Assembly (NCBI GenBank): GCA_041666745.1
Contig: JBAYGI010000005.1
Location: 7,748-71,747, forward strand
Direction: 5' to 3'
DNA from: Candidatus Magasanikiibacteriota bacterium
GTDB lineage: Bacteria > Patescibacteriota > Patescibacteriia > Magasanikbacterales > GWA2-37-8
Length of the DNA: 64,000 nt
The notes under the pieces were generated by a model, which saw nothing but the letters and a program-made list of their open reading frames with translations, did no database searches and was not told the DNA's origin. Shown here piece by piece: positions 28,781 to 39,344 of the stretch (the first letter of the stretch is position 1; every line of letters begins with the position of its first letter). The translations under genes were made by a program, and so were the position numbers.

Positions 28781-29584
28781 TTATACAGTCCTTAAGAATT
28801 TATCTGTAAGTTGTGGTTGAGCTTTGATTGGTTTTGATAATGGCCAAATCACTTCAAATTGTGTTTTTATCAAATCAACAAAATCGCGACTGTGAATAAC
28901 AAAACCAAAGCTCTCGGCACGAGAGGAAATAAACGCCACCTTGTCAGCATAAAGCCAATAACTCATATTCCACGTCATACTCTTTGGTGCTAAACGTAAT
29001 TCTCGCAAATGACCCTTACCCACCCCTAAAAACGGATGAGTTTTGAAATCTACTGCTTTGTCTCTCGGCCAAATTCCTCTAATTGAAATGCCTTGCTTTA
29101 TTCGTCTTCGGTTTAAATCCTCTAAATATTCTTTTCCTAAAATCTCAACCATTTCGCTAATTGGCCACATAGTTAAAGTTTCAATATCTTTGTACCACAA
29201 CATATCTTTTAAAACCTGCTTGATACCGGCCACGCCCGAATAGAATTTTATCTTTGGTTCCAAGGCTTTTGTTTTTGAAATTAAGTTTGGCAGTAAGTCG
29301 CTAATCGCTTGGTCGTTTTTCTTTAGATTCTCGATCCTTGAACGGACTAAATGCTGTAAATTTTTTACATCATCAACACTAAATAACTTTTTATTTTCTT
29401 CCTCTTTTTCAATTACCAAACCGCTGTTAATCAATACTTTTAAGCCATCATAAACAGTCGGGCGAGGTAGGTTAAGGTTTTCAGCCAATTGGCGAGCCGA
29501 GGAAAAGCCAGATTCTAAAAGACGGTCATAAATCCTTACACTATTGTCCGAAAACCCAATTTCTTTAAGTATTTTTTCTATCAT
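28781..29584 (-). CDS. TrmB-family transcriptional regulator
   Basis: N-terminal wHTH MIEKILKEIGFSDNSVRIYDRLLESGFSSARQLAENLNLPRPTVYDGLKVL. 267 aa. Divergent from the ABC transporter operon. Confidence 0.6.
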   Translation of the reverse strand: MIEKILKEIGFSDNSVRIYDRLLESGFSSARQLAENLNLPRPTVYDGLKVLINSGLVIEKEEENKKLFSVDDVKNLQHLVRSRIENLKKNDQAISDLLPNLISKTKALEPKIKFYSGVAGIKQVLKDMLWYKDIETLTMWPISEMVEILGKEYLEDLNRRRIKQGISIRGIWPRDKAVDFKTHPFLGVGKGHLRELRLAPKSMTWNMSYWLYADKVAFISSRAESFGFVIHSRDFVDLIKTQFEVIWPLSKPIKAQPQLTDKFLRTV

Positions 29585-29692
29585 ACTAAATTATGTTAGT
29601 TATCCTATTTGTCGGCTGTCGACGACAGTTTTACAAGTTGATGATATAGCACTATACTTTATTTGTCAAATTTAAGTATTTAACTAATTTTT

Positions 29693-30757
29693 ATGAAGAA
29701 AAAAATAGTCGTTGGTGTTATAGCATTAGTCGTAATTTCACTTGTTGCAATTTTAATATCAAAAAGTGCAACTAACAATGTAAGAAAGGCAGAACTAACA
29801 CCAATCCGCATTGGTTGGCAAACCTCTTGGGCACCACAGACGCAAATTGCCGAAGTTTTAAAGCATACCAATATTTTAGAAAAGAATGGTTTGGTTGGAG
29901 ATTTTAAAGGGTTTAACTATGGCGGACCATTGTCAGAAGCGGCCGTTGCCGGCCAAGTTGACGTTTTATTTATGGGTGACTTCCCAGCTATAAATTTAAT
30001 TTCTAAAACAGACAAATTCACTATCGTGGCGCGTTTAATGGATTTTAGAAATGGCATTATTGTTCCAGCTAGTTCCACCATACAATCTCTTGCCGATTTG
30101 AGGGGCAAAGTAATCTCCATTCCTTTTGGTTCCTCGCCTCATCTCCATACCTTAAATTTCATCAAAGAAAATGGTTTTGATCCGACCAAAGATTTTCAAT
30201 TGAAAAATTTAGATATTTTAGAGCAAACAAACGTCATTCAAAAAGGATCGTTAGCAAAATGGGACGGCGTTGACGCATTTGTCACTTGGGATCCAACTAT
30301 GGCTATATTTGAGGATAGTGGCAAGGCGAGGGTTTTAAAAAGATTCTCTCCAGTAGGTGTCGTTGTAATGTCCAATGATTATATTAGTCGGCATTCGGCA
30401 GCAGCCAAAGATTTTTTGAAGGCTTTCATTGAGGATTATTACTATTATGCGAAGAACCAACAGCAGGCCAACCAATGGTTTATTGATGAAACTAAATTTT
30501 CCGGTTCACAATCAGTGATAGATAAAATGTCTTCGTTAGAAAAAAATCTCTTGGCAAAAGAAATTAAAGACGTTGATGTTGGTCTTTACGATTCCCACAT
30601 TAAAACTTTACAAGCCATAGCTGATGAGGCGGAAGCAAATAAATTGATCACTAAAGCTCCGATCATATCTCAAAAAATAAATTTACAATTTCTTGATGAG
30701 GCTAAAAAAGAAATTGGTCAATCAAATTTTGATCTCAATAGTGTAAATATCAAATGA
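29693..30757 (+). CDS. ABC transporter substrate-binding protein, NMT1/SsuA/TauA family
   Basis: N-terminal TM/signal anchor and a periplasmic SBP fold. First gene of a three-gene NitT/TauT-type operon. Confidence 0.65.
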   Translation: MKKKIVVGVIALVVISLVAILISKSATNNVRKAELTPIRIGWQTSWAPQTQIAEVLKHTNILEKNGLVGDFKGFNYGGPLSEAAVAGQVDVLFMGDFPAINLISKTDKFTIVARLMDFRNGIIVPASSTIQSLADLRGKVISIPFGSSPHLHTLNFIKENGFDPTKDFQLKNLDILEQTNVIQKGSLAKWDGVDAFVTWDPTMAIFEDSGKARVLKRFSPVGVVVMSNDYISRHSAAAKDFLKAFIEDYYYYAKNQQQANQWFIDETKFSGSQSVIDKMSSLEKNLLAKEIKDVDVGLYDSHIKTLQAIADEAEANKLITKAPIISQKINLQFLDEAKKEIGQSNFDLNSVNIK

Positions 30758-31503
30758 AGCCAATAATATTAAAAATAATATTACCAATAACTACAATTCT
30801 GGTGTGGCATATATTTTCTGTAAGCGGTATGAACGCGTCGGAAATTTTGCCCGGGCCTGCCAAAGTAATATCAGCCATATTGACATTGTTTACTCAAGAA
30901 TCAGTTTTAACCGATGTAATAGTAAGCTTAAAGCATGTAGCTATTGGTTTTGCCCTAGCCACCCTTGGCGGTGTAATTGTGGGCATATTATCCGGTTACT
31001 CAAAAACTATAAAAATGATTATCGGTCCAATCTTGGAATTTCTGCGACCAATACCGCCTATAAGTTGGATTCCGTTATCAATTTTATGGTTTGGTATTGG
31101 TGATAACCCTGCTTACTTTTTGGTTTTCTTAGGTGCATTTTTCCCGATAATGAGTAATGTTTATTTTGGCGTTATATCAGTTGAAGAAAATCATAAACGT
31201 GCCGCCCTAAGCTTGGGTGCTGGAAAAAAAGAACATCTATTCGACATAATATTGCCTGCGGCTCTACCGTCTATTTTTACAGGATTAAAAACAGGTCTGG
31301 GTATTAGTTGGTTTATGGTTATTACTGCCGAACTGGTTGGTTCACAATCGGGGCTAGGCTACATGATACAGCTAAACAGGCTTTTGCTCCGAACCGATCG
31401 AGTAATCGGAGGAATGGTGATAATTGGCGTTTTGGGTTATCTCATGAGCAAGATAATGACGTATTCGGAACGCAAACTAATACCGTGGCGAGTTACTGTC
31501 TAG
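30754..31503 (+). CDS. ABC transporter permease (NitT/TauT family)
   Basis: 249 aa with six TM helices and an EAA-like loop. Start overlaps the SBP stop by 4 nt. Confidence 0.8.
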   Translation: MKPIILKIILPITTILVWHIFSVSGMNASEILPGPAKVISAILTLFTQESVLTDVIVSLKHVAIGFALATLGGVIVGILSGYSKTIKMIIGPILEFLRPIPPISWIPLSILWFGIGDNPAYFLVFLGAFFPIMSNVYFGVISVEENHKRAALSLGAGKKEHLFDIILPAALPSIFTGLKTGLGISWFMVITAELVGSQSGLGYMIQLNRLLLRTDRVIGGMVIIGVLGYLMSKIMTYSERKLIPWRVTV

Positions 31504-31509
31504 TTTGAT

Positions 31510-32274
31510 ATGGCTAAAATAATTCTTGATAATGTTTCAAAAAGATTTGTTGATAAAAGCAAACAGTCAATCCAATCTCTCAATAATTTATCTTTTGAAA
31601 TTGACGAATCGGAAATAGTCTGTATTTTGGGGCCTTCGGGGTGTGGAAAAACAACCCTGATAAATATGCTGGCCGGTTATATTTTCCCTGATGACGGTAA
31701 TATCTTGCATAATGACGAACGAATAAATGGGCCAAGTGCCGAGAGAGCAGTGGTTTTTCAAGATCACGCTCTTTTTTCATGGAAGACCGTCAGGGGAAAT
31801 ATTGATTTTGGGCTTAAATGTAAAAAAATTGATAAGGTAAAAAGGACAGAAATTATCAACGAATATATAAGCAAATTCAATCTTCACGGATTTGATAAAC
31901 ATTTTCCACATCAATTGTCTGGCGGTATGAAACAAAGGGTCGGATTAGCTCGTGCTTTGGCCATAAAACCGGAGGTATTGCTTATGGATGAACCATTTAG
32001 TTCTTTGGACGAACAAACGAGAGAATTTTTACAAGAAGATCTGTTGCGAATCCATAGCGATATTAAGCCGACGATTGTTTTAGTAACGCACAACATTGAA
32101 GAAGCTATTTTTCTTGCCGACAAAATTATTGTATTAACCAAAAGACCCGGTACCATAAAAACAATTATTAAAGTGCCTTTTAACAGGCCTCGCCAATACG
32201 AAATTAGAAACTGCACTGATTTTCTACAATTTCGACAAAGTATTTGGAAAATTATACGAGAAGAGATAAGATAG
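31510..32274 (+). CDS. ABC transporter ATP-binding protein (NitT/TauT family)
   Basis: Walker A GPSGCGKTT, signature LSGGMKQRVGLARAL, Walker B LLMDEPFSSLD. Confidence 0.85.
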   Translation: MAKIILDNVSKRFVDKSKQSIQSLNNLSFEIDESEIVCILGPSGCGKTTLINMLAGYIFPDDGNILHNDERINGPSAERAVVFQDHALFSWKTVRGNIDFGLKCKKIDKVKRTEIINEYISKFNLHGFDKHFPHQLSGGMKQRVGLARALAIKPEVLLMDEPFSSLDEQTREFLQEDLLRIHSDIKPTIVLVTHNIEEAIFLADKIIVLTKRPGTIKTIIKVPFNRPRQYEIRNCTDFLQFRQSIWKIIREEIR

Positions 32275-32399
32275 ACAAAAAATTAAGTTATTGGTATACT
32301 ATCCACCATAAATTGGTGTTGGACTAAATACGTTCCAACTTCGTCCCACAACCCCGACATCGGTCGCCATAGCCTTGGCGAAGGCGACCCCTCAACTCT

Positions 32400-33278
32400 C
32401 TATCTACCCCCTGTTTTTACAGCGGGTTTTTTAGTTCTCTCTTCAATCATCTTCAAATACATCACACTATTTTTTTTGTAAATACTAGACAGTCTAGAAG
32501 CAGACTCGAATTCTGACTTTGCTTTTGAAAAATTATTCGCAGAAAAATATGCTATCGCCAATTCAAAATGCAGATCAGGTTCTTTGTCTAAAATCAGTTT
32601 AAGGTGTTCCAAAGTAGATGTAGCAAAATCTATATCCCCTTCTCGCCTAGCAATCAAGGCACTATAATATATCCCTGGCAAATTTGTCGGATCATCTTGT
32701 AAAAATTTTTGCGCCATCGTCTTGGCTATAGCCAAACTGCTTTCGGTGGTTTTTTCATCTCCCAAAATAAAAGAATTATCCGCTAAAATTATAAAAACAC
32801 GCAGAGCGCTACGGGTGGTTTCATAATCGTTTGGGGTATTTTTCAAAACTTCCAAATAATTTTCCGCCGCCTCTTTTTCTATCCCCTCCATATACGGGAT
32901 TAAAAAGTCACAAATTTTTGCAACGGCCAAATAATTTAAATAATTTTTGGGATTTAATTCTTTGGCCTTGCGGTAATCTACCAATGCTATAGCGGACGTC
33001 TTTTGAAATTCTATTGCTTGCGCGTCGGATAAATTTTTGTTTTCACTAATCATTTGACGCATTTTTTTAAACAACACATCTCCGGATCGACGATAAAAAT
33101 TTTCATCTTTTTTAACTTCTAAATTTGTGACCGATTGTTTCAATTTGGAATCTTGTTTTGAAAAATAAATAAAAGTTCCTGCCAAAATAAAAATCAATAC
33201 CAACAACAAACAAAAAATAATAATTTTTTTCTTTTCAAATTTTAAAGTGAGAATATTTTTTGTTTTCCGTCGATACAT
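32400..33278 (-). CDS. TPR-repeat membrane-anchored protein
   Basis: N-terminal TM helix followed by TPR-like helical repeats. 292 aa. Confidence 0.5.
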   Translation of the reverse strand: MYRRKTKNILTLKFEKKKIIIFCLLLVLIFILAGTFIYFSKQDSKLKQSVTNLEVKKDENFYRRSGDVLFKKMRQMISENKNLSDAQAIEFQKTSAIALVDYRKAKELNPKNYLNYLAVAKICDFLIPYMEGIEKEAAENYLEVLKNTPNDYETTRSALRVFIILADNSFILGDEKTTESSLAIAKTMAQKFLQDDPTNLPGIYYSALIARREGDIDFATSTLEHLKLILDKEPDLHFELAIAYFSANNFSKAKSEFESASRLSSIYKKNSVMYLKMIEERTKKPAVKTGGR

Positions 33279-33299
33279 ATTTTGAAATTAATAAAATAA

Positions 33300-36200
33300 T
33301 TATGGTGTAGTGATAATTTCGGTAGCTGGTGGCACAGTCTCCGTTGGTGGTGTTTCAGCAGGAGGGGTTGTAGGGATACTTTCGACAGGAGGAGTTTCGG
33401 TTGTGATAACCGTAACTGGCTCAGTAGAAGTAGGTGCCCCTGTATCCACTATTGGCTCTGTTGAGCCAACAACAACATCACCTGACACAATATTTCCACC
33501 ATCTGTACTGCCCACAGCCGGTGCCACTACCTGATTTTTCTGTAACAAATCTTGCAACTGAGCTTCGGTAACACAAGTATTTCCAATGCACAATTCATTG
33601 GTGTGAATCTTTTCCGCAAAAAATTCTTTCACTTGCAAAAACCCGTCTTTAATAATCATTCCTAACTTACTCAAAGCATATTTTACAGTAATAGAAAATT
33701 TATCCAAAACTGTCGGAGTGCTAGTGCTGGTGGTACTGGTAACTAGTGTTTCAGGAATATCTTCCTCGGTCAAATCACCAATCGACCAATGTGGATTAAC
33801 AAAAATCTCAACTGTTCCGGTTGTGACAGTATCACCATTTGAAGACAAAGAAGTCAACGCAAAACCGATAACTCTGCCAGGTTCTTTTGCTTTTGTGGCA
33901 AAACCGGCAACGTTGGAAGCAGTGATTCCATCGCCGACATTAATTGTACCACTGGTAATGACAACATTCACAGGCACACGTCCGGCCAAAGCAACCAAAC
34001 GCGAAAATGTCGCGTCAGAATCATCTGAATTCAATCCTGACCCACCCAATATCATACCTGGGGCGGTGGAGATAACACCGATTGATTTATCACTTGATAA
34101 TTCAGAACATTTTTCTACAAAATAAACGCCCGTTGACGAACTATTTTTTGTACAAACTACATCACCGGCAACCGGACAAGAATTATTTTCCGCACAGCTT
34201 GGATCCACCGGATATGTTTCGGCCAAATCCAAAGTGGTTGTACCGGTTATAAACGAAGTGGCTTTAATGTATCCATTTACTCCAAGCCCGGCACCAGAAG
34301 CACCACCGGCATCGATGACCATTTTGTAACCAGTGACGTTGGTGGTGGTGTTCACTAAAATCGAACCAACAAAAGTAGTAGAAACTACATTCAAATTTTG
34401 AGACCAAACATTCTTCCAACGATAACTCGAAGTACCTAAATCATAAATAGAATCTGTTTCCGGAATTATGTCGTGTGTGGTAACTTTATTTAAACTAGTA
34501 TCACCGGTAACTTTCAGCGAAATCAAATTTTGATCATCACCAATTTTCAAAACATGATCAGTGTCATTGACAGATAATGCGCGGTAAATTGTATTGTTCC
34601 AACCAATGTTTACAAACACAGTAATAGACCCAACTGATGCGCCGGAATAACTTTCCATGGCGATACCAACAGTTGGTCCTTCGGCGGTTGCTTTCATAGC
34701 AACACCTGGAACATCCGAAGAAGTCAATTTGTCGCCTACCACAATCGCGCCATTCACAGTAGAAACTTTGGTCGGCACACGACCAGCCAAAGCCACTTTT
34801 CGCACACCAGCATTATCTTCCAAATTTCCAAAATCACCACCACCAAGCAACAACCCAGGATCAGTAGATACTATACCAATTACAGTATTGTCATACAAAT
34901 TAGAACATTTTTTTACTCCGGAATTCAAAGATGAATCCGAACAAACCAAATCACCTGCATTCGGACAACTTCCGTTGGCATAACAATTGGAATTTATCGG
35001 ATATGTCTCGGCGATATCTAATGTTGAAGAGCCGGTTATCAATGAAGTCGCATTAATCACCCCGCGCACTCCAATCCCATATCCTGTATCCGAACCAGAA
35101 TCTATAATCAATTTATACGCCGTAGCGCCCATATATGACGATGTGTTGATCAATACTTTACCGTCAGATTTCACTAAAAGTATATTTGCGGTTGAAGAAT
35201 TACTAACTTGAAAAATAGTTTCATAAGCTGCGTCAGTATATAATTGCAACCTTGCTGTGGGAGTGGTAGTCCCTATACCAACTTTACCACCTGAAGGAAC
35301 GATACCTAATAAACCTCCACTTGATACTGTAAAGGAAGAATAATTAGCCGAATCATAATTCAAACGAAGCTGTTCGGTTGTACTTAATACTTGCAGTTGG
35401 GAAGCTGGGGTTGATGTGCCTATACCAACTTTACCATTCATATTTATCCTCATCCTCTCAGACCAATCAGTAGTTTGATCAGACACTCCATTTGTGAAAA
35501 AAGCCAAACCAGATCTAAAATAATCTCCTTCTGCAGTTTGCAATATACCAGCAGATTTTTTCGTATATCCATTTCCATAACCTGTTTTCCATATTAAACC
35601 ACCACCAAAAGCAGTTCCAGTACCTGTTCCTGATGGGCCATTATTTATGCCGAACCTAACAGAGCTTGTATCAGTAAGACCTGTAGTAGCAAAATCAAGT
35701 TTTTCACTTGGTACAGCAGTGCCGGTACCAATACCAACATTGCCAGCATTAGAAATAATCATTCTCAGTGTTTCACCTGATCCAGTTATAAATCTAATAA
35801 CACCTTCTGTGCTTGCAGGGCTGGATGGACTACCAGCGGCAAAAAACAGATTGCCTCTTTGGTTTACAGTTGCACTATATGTATTACCACGCCCGCCGAA
35901 ATATGGACCATTTGCATTACTAAATGTTGGTGTCGCGCCAAACATATATCCACCAGTCATATCAGAACCACTCAAATATACCATGTTTGTGTCATAACTA
36001 TTCGAAGCAGCTGCTCCTAATTGTATATTGCCCTCTCCAGAACTATTGCCACCCGTCAGCTTCAAAGATGAGCCATTAGCAAAAGTAGTCGCAACAGAAT
36101 TTGCAGGAGTAATGGTCAAAGCACCGTCTGATCCTACAGAAAAATCCGTGTAGTTGGCGGCAGAACCGTCTGAATCGTTGTAGGTAAGTCGCAAATCAGC

Positions 36201-37589
36201 ACCGGTGGCGGAATTTATTTCTAATGCTTTGCCCGGTCCGGTGGTGCCAATACCTACATTTCTTGTACTATTTACCATATACAATGTTGGCGCAGTAAAA
36301 GTAATCGCCGAATCTGCATCGCCAGTAGCTGCTTGATAAAAAGAAATATCACCGTTAGAATCTCTATAATTTACAAGAGAAACATAATCTGCCGCAAGAC
36401 GTTTCCATCCACTGCTATTATATATATTATGACCCATGATAGAACCGCCAGCAATATCAAATACTAAACCGTATGCGGCACTCGCGCCGTCTAATTGTAA
36501 AGTTGATTTTGGTGTGATAGTACCAATTCCAATTTTACCGTCTCCTTTTATCGTCAAGCGAGCTGTGCTGTTGTATCCTGCATTATACAAAGAACCAAAC
36601 ACCATATCTACTGTTGTCCCATTATATCGCGTATCTATTTGACCAGTAATATTAGAGCTATCGCGCCAAGTAATAGCTTTTTGTGCGCCGTTGGCATTAT
36701 ATCCTGTTCTAAAATTTAAAATCTCACTATTTGCGGATGTTGTACCAGCATCTGTAATCTGAAATTTCGTAGTAGTACCTGTATTTGAAGGGGCAAGAGT
36801 AAGTGCTCCATTACTACCCACAGTGAAAGAAGAATAATTAGACGCGTCATAATTCAATCTCAGCTGTTCTGTAGTTGCTAAAACCCCCAACTTTGCCGAC
36901 GGTGTTGTCGTACCAATGCCTACATTACCTCCTGTAGTCGCAAAAGTCGCGCCGTATGGGAAAGTAGAAGTGGCCGAACCGTAAATCGTGGTGGTGGCTG
37001 TGCCATTTCCTACGCTAATTCCTGTGCCTGCGCCGGATTGTAATATGTTCAAGGCCGGTGAAGCGGAATTGGCAGTAATGGACAAAATATTACTAAATGT
37101 CCAAGTCGCTGTGATTGTTTCGTTTGTTGCCAACTTTGCATAAGAGGAAGAAGCTAACCCGCCAAGTTTACCTGCCTCAAATGCCGATGGCACTGTGCCA
37201 AGTTTTTTGCGAGGCAATAATGTTTCCATCGTCGTTGTGCTATTGTCACTCACCTGCATTTCAAGATACAAATCTTGATTGAAATTTACACTGTCTAAAT
37301 TCGCCACTGAACCAAGTAATACACTAAATAATCCATTGGTCACTTGCACTTGGTTGGTGCTGGTGCGCGTTTCTGTCCATAGTACCGAACTACAGCCATC
37401 ATCCGCGCACAATTGGAATTGCATGTTGTACACACCATCAGCTACCGCCGCGTCACTGTTATTAGTCAGCTTACCTTGGTAGTTTATTTGAGGGTTATAA
37501 GTGGTGGCTTTGGAAACGCCAAACATAGCCAAAGAGATCGTGGCTATTATGAGCACTATTGCTACTTTCCCAAACCGCCAATTGTACAT
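33300..37589 (-). CDS. giant Gly/Thr/Ser-rich surface protein with internal repeats (the ORF track extends to 37682; the likely start is the Met before the TM helix)
   Basis: N-terminal TM VAIVLIIATISLAMFG. Three copies of TTEQLRLNYDASNYSSFTV(G/S)S-like units. Two copies of an approximately 90-aa Cys-containing module (…LDIAETYPINSNCYANGSCPNAGDLVC… and …LDLAETYPVDPSCAENNSCPVAGDVVC…). Pro/Thr-rich C-terminus. Confidence 0.6.
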   Translation of the reverse strand: MYNWRFGKVAIVLIIATISLAMFGVSKATTYNPQINYQGKLTNNSDAAVADGVYNMQFQLCADDGCSSVLWTETRTSTNQVQVTNGLFSVLLGSVANLDSVNFNQDLYLEMQVSDNSTTTMETLLPRKKLGTVPSAFEAGKLGGLASSSYAKLATNETITATWTFSNILSITANSASPALNILQSGAGTGISVGNGTATTTIYGSATSTFPYGATFATTGGNVGIGTTTPSAKLGVLATTEQLRLNYDASNYSSFTVGSNGALTLAPSNTGTTTKFQITDAGTTSANSEILNFRTGYNANGAQKAITWRDSSNITGQIDTRYNGTTVDMVFGSLYNAGYNSTARLTIKGDGKIGIGTITPKSTLQLDGASAAYGLVFDIAGGSIMGHNIYNSSGWKRLAADYVSLVNYRDSNGDISFYQAATGDADSAITFTAPTLYMVNSTRNVGIGTTGPGKALEINSATGADLRLTYNDSDGSAANYTDFSVGSDGALTITPANSVATTFANGSSLKLTGGNSSGEGNIQLGAAASNSYDTNMVYLSGSDMTGGYMFGATPTFSNANGPYFGGRGNTYSATVNQRGNLFFAAGSPSSPASTEGVIRFITGSGETLRMIISNAGNVGIGTGTAVPSEKLDFATTGLTDTSSVRFGINNGPSGTGTGTAFGGGLIWKTGYGNGYTKKSAGILQTAEGDYFRSGLAFFTNGVSDQTTDWSERMRINMNGKVGIGTSTPASQLQVLSTTEQLRLNYDSANYSSFTVSSGGLLGIVPSGGKVGIGTTTPTARLQLYTDAAYETIFQVSNSSTANILLVKSDGKVLINTSSYMGATAYKLIIDSGSDTGYGIGVRGVINATSLITGSSTLDIAETYPINSNCYANGSCPNAGDLVCSDSSLNSGVKKCSNLYDNTVIGIVSTDPGLLLGGGDFGNLEDNAGVRKVALAGRVPTKVSTVNGAIVVGDKLTSSDVPGVAMKATAEGPTVGIAMESYSGASVGSITVFVNIGWNNTIYRALSVNDTDHVLKIGDDQNLISLKVTGDTSLNKVTTHDIIPETDSIYDLGTSSYRWKNVWSQNLNVVSTTFVGSILVNTTTNVTGYKMVIDAGGASGAGLGVNGYIKATSFITGTTTLDLAETYPVDPSCAENNSCPVAGDVVCTKNSSSTGVYFVEKCSELSSDKSIGVISTAPGMILGGSGLNSDDSDATFSRLVALAGRVPVNVVITSGTINVGDGITASNVAGFATKAKEPGRVIGFALTSLSSNGDTVTTGTVEIFVNPHWSIGDLTEEDIPETLVTSTTSTSTPTVLDKFSITVKYALSKLGMIIKDGFLQVKEFFAEKIHTNELCIGNTCVTEAQLQDLLQKNQVVAPAVGSTDGGNIVSGDVVVGSTEPIVDTGAPTSTEPVTVITTETPPVESIPTTPPAETPPTETVPPATEIITTP

Positions 37590-37596
37590 AACCTGT

Positions 37597-38052
37597 TTAC
37601 GGTCTTGTTGAGGATGCCGTAAAACCCGAAGAAACCTCTGACGAGTGTTCAGAATAAATGGTATTAAGCTGAAACGCGCCAAAGTTGAGATCTTTTTTAG
37701 AGGTAAAATCTTCTTTGGTTGTAGAGAATTTGGCTACATATAAGTAAAAAATTAATAATAAAATAATTAAAAAACCGGCCACAATAAGACCGGCTGGTTT
37801 GTTTTTTAAATTTTGTTGTTTTGAAGACACTACTACGAGCTTATCGTCACCCAATTTTTTGACCATGAACATCCGCAAGTCCGACTCCCTCACACACCAA
37901 TTTCTACCCAATCGCTCGCCGTGTAATTTACTACCACGAATTAGAGAACTCAAATAGTCCTGGTGATAACCAGAAATACGGGAGGCCTCTTTTAAAGAAA
38001 TAAGCCCACTCATATAGTATATTTTACCCATATCGTCTATCCGAGATCTCAT
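37597..38052 (-). CDS. small membrane protein with N-terminal HTH-like segment
   Basis: 151 aa. MerR/excisionase-like N-terminal helix-turn-helix (…LISLKEASRISGYHQDYLSSLIRGSKL…) and one TM helix. Confidence 0.35.
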   Translation of the reverse strand: MRSRIDDMGKIYYMSGLISLKEASRISGYHQDYLSSLIRGSKLHGERLGRNWCVRESDLRMFMVKKLGDDKLVVVSSKQQNLKNKPAGLIVAGFLIILLLIFYLYVAKFSTTKEDFTSKKDLNFGAFQLNTIYSEHSSEVSSGFTASSTRP

Positions 38053-38151
38053 ATCGGATATCCGATGTTAATAATATAAACATATTATAACACAAAAAAG
38101 CATTCCGAAGAATGCTTTTGCTCTAAAAATAAAAAAATGTGTGGATAACTA

Positions 38152-39342
38152 TTATTTTTTTCGTCGACGCTTACTCAAGAGACGTAAAATCAAAAATAAA
38201 ATTATCATAATCGACGACACCCACTGCCAAAAATATTTTTGCGCCACTGTTTTTTTAACGACACCGATCGCGGTAGATAATATTGGTGCTTTGGGTATTT
38301 GTGGAACTATTTCAGTTTGAGGAGAAACCAACACCGCTTTAGAATTAATTAAACCCTCAACACTCCCAATCATCAAGTTGTTGTTATTTAAAAAAGAAAA
38401 AATGGCTTTGATACTACCATCTACACAAAAAGCTGGTAAACCCACTACATGAGCCAAAATATCCTGATCATTTTTCAGCAAAAAAGTCTGTATTTGCCCT
38501 TTATTATCCAAAGTCACTATTACGGTTTTGGTGCCTTTGGGGATTTTTTTGTTGTCCAAATAAATATTGATCGGTAAATTATTCAAAACATCCACCTTTT
38601 TGTTATCTTCTGAAACAAAATTCTGACCATTTTGTTCAAAAATAAAATCACTAAACTCCACCGGTCGCCCCTTTGGTGGCTGTATTACTTTTGGAACACT
38701 CAATTCAGGTGTTTTTTCAATCGGTTTTACTTCTAGTTTTTTAATTTGATCCATCTCCGGTGATTGCGGAAGAGCCGAAACACTGGCTCCGGAAGAAAAA
38801 ACATTGCCGGTATTGTAAACAAAAACAGTATAAAAATACCTGACTCCATTTTTTAAACCTATATCCGCGTATTCAAAAGTATTTTTGCCAATCTCTAAAC
38901 CGACACCTTGATACAACAACCCACCGACGTCAACATTGGTTGGGAAAAAAACAGTTGACCGACGAATCATTATACCGCCGTAATCTATCAAATCTACCGG
39001 CTTCGTCCAGCGCAATACTACCTGTTTGTCCCCTGCTTGCGCTGATAGATTGTCCACATTTAAAACTATCACTACTACCGGTTTTTGTGTCACAGGAATT
39101 CCAGTGCCTCCACTGCTTGGAGCGACTACAGGGGTTACCGGTGGTGTGGTAGTGGCGACTGGGCAGTCCGCTGGACAAACCGTAGTATTTTCACCACTTT
39201 CACAAACGCCATTATTATTACAACTGGATACTAATAGATTTATGTCTATGTTTTTGCTACTATTGGTGGCCGAAACAAAAATAGGCCTAAAAAGTATGCC
39301 ATCAAAAAATAGAATAATTAAAAAAACTTTTGAACCACGCAT
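38152..39342 (-). CDS. cell-surface protein with C-terminal TM anchor and basic tail
   Basis: Signal peptide, Thr/Pro-rich linker, an FN3-like segment, and a C-terminal TM followed by KRRRKK. Confidence 0.45.
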   Translation of the reverse strand: MRGSKVFLIILFFDGILFRPIFVSATNSSKNIDINLLVSSCNNNGVCESGENTTVCPADCPVATTTPPVTPVVAPSSGGTGIPVTQKPVVVIVLNVDNLSAQAGDKQVVLRWTKPVDLIDYGGIMIRRSTVFFPTNVDVGGLLYQGVGLEIGKNTFEYADIGLKNGVRYFYTVFVYNTGNVFSSGASVSALPQSPEMDQIKKLEVKPIEKTPELSVPKVIQPPKGRPVEFSDFIFEQNGQNFVSEDNKKVDVLNNLPINIYLDNKKIPKGTKTVIVTLDNKGQIQTFLLKNDQDILAHVVGLPAFCVDGSIKAIFSFLNNNNLMIGSVEGLINSKAVLVSPQTEIVPQIPKAPILSTAIGVVKKTVAQKYFWQWVSSIMIILFLILRLLSKRRRKK

Positions 39343-39344
39343 GT

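Noticed and set aside
32300-32440. GC-richer 90-nt stretch with two 6-bp hairpins between the convergent ABC ATPase and TPR genes, as a possible small RNA
   Set aside because: Only short hairpins plus a probable shared terminator (CCCCTGTTTTTACAGCGGGTTTTTT). Insufficient evidence for anything beyond convergent terminators.
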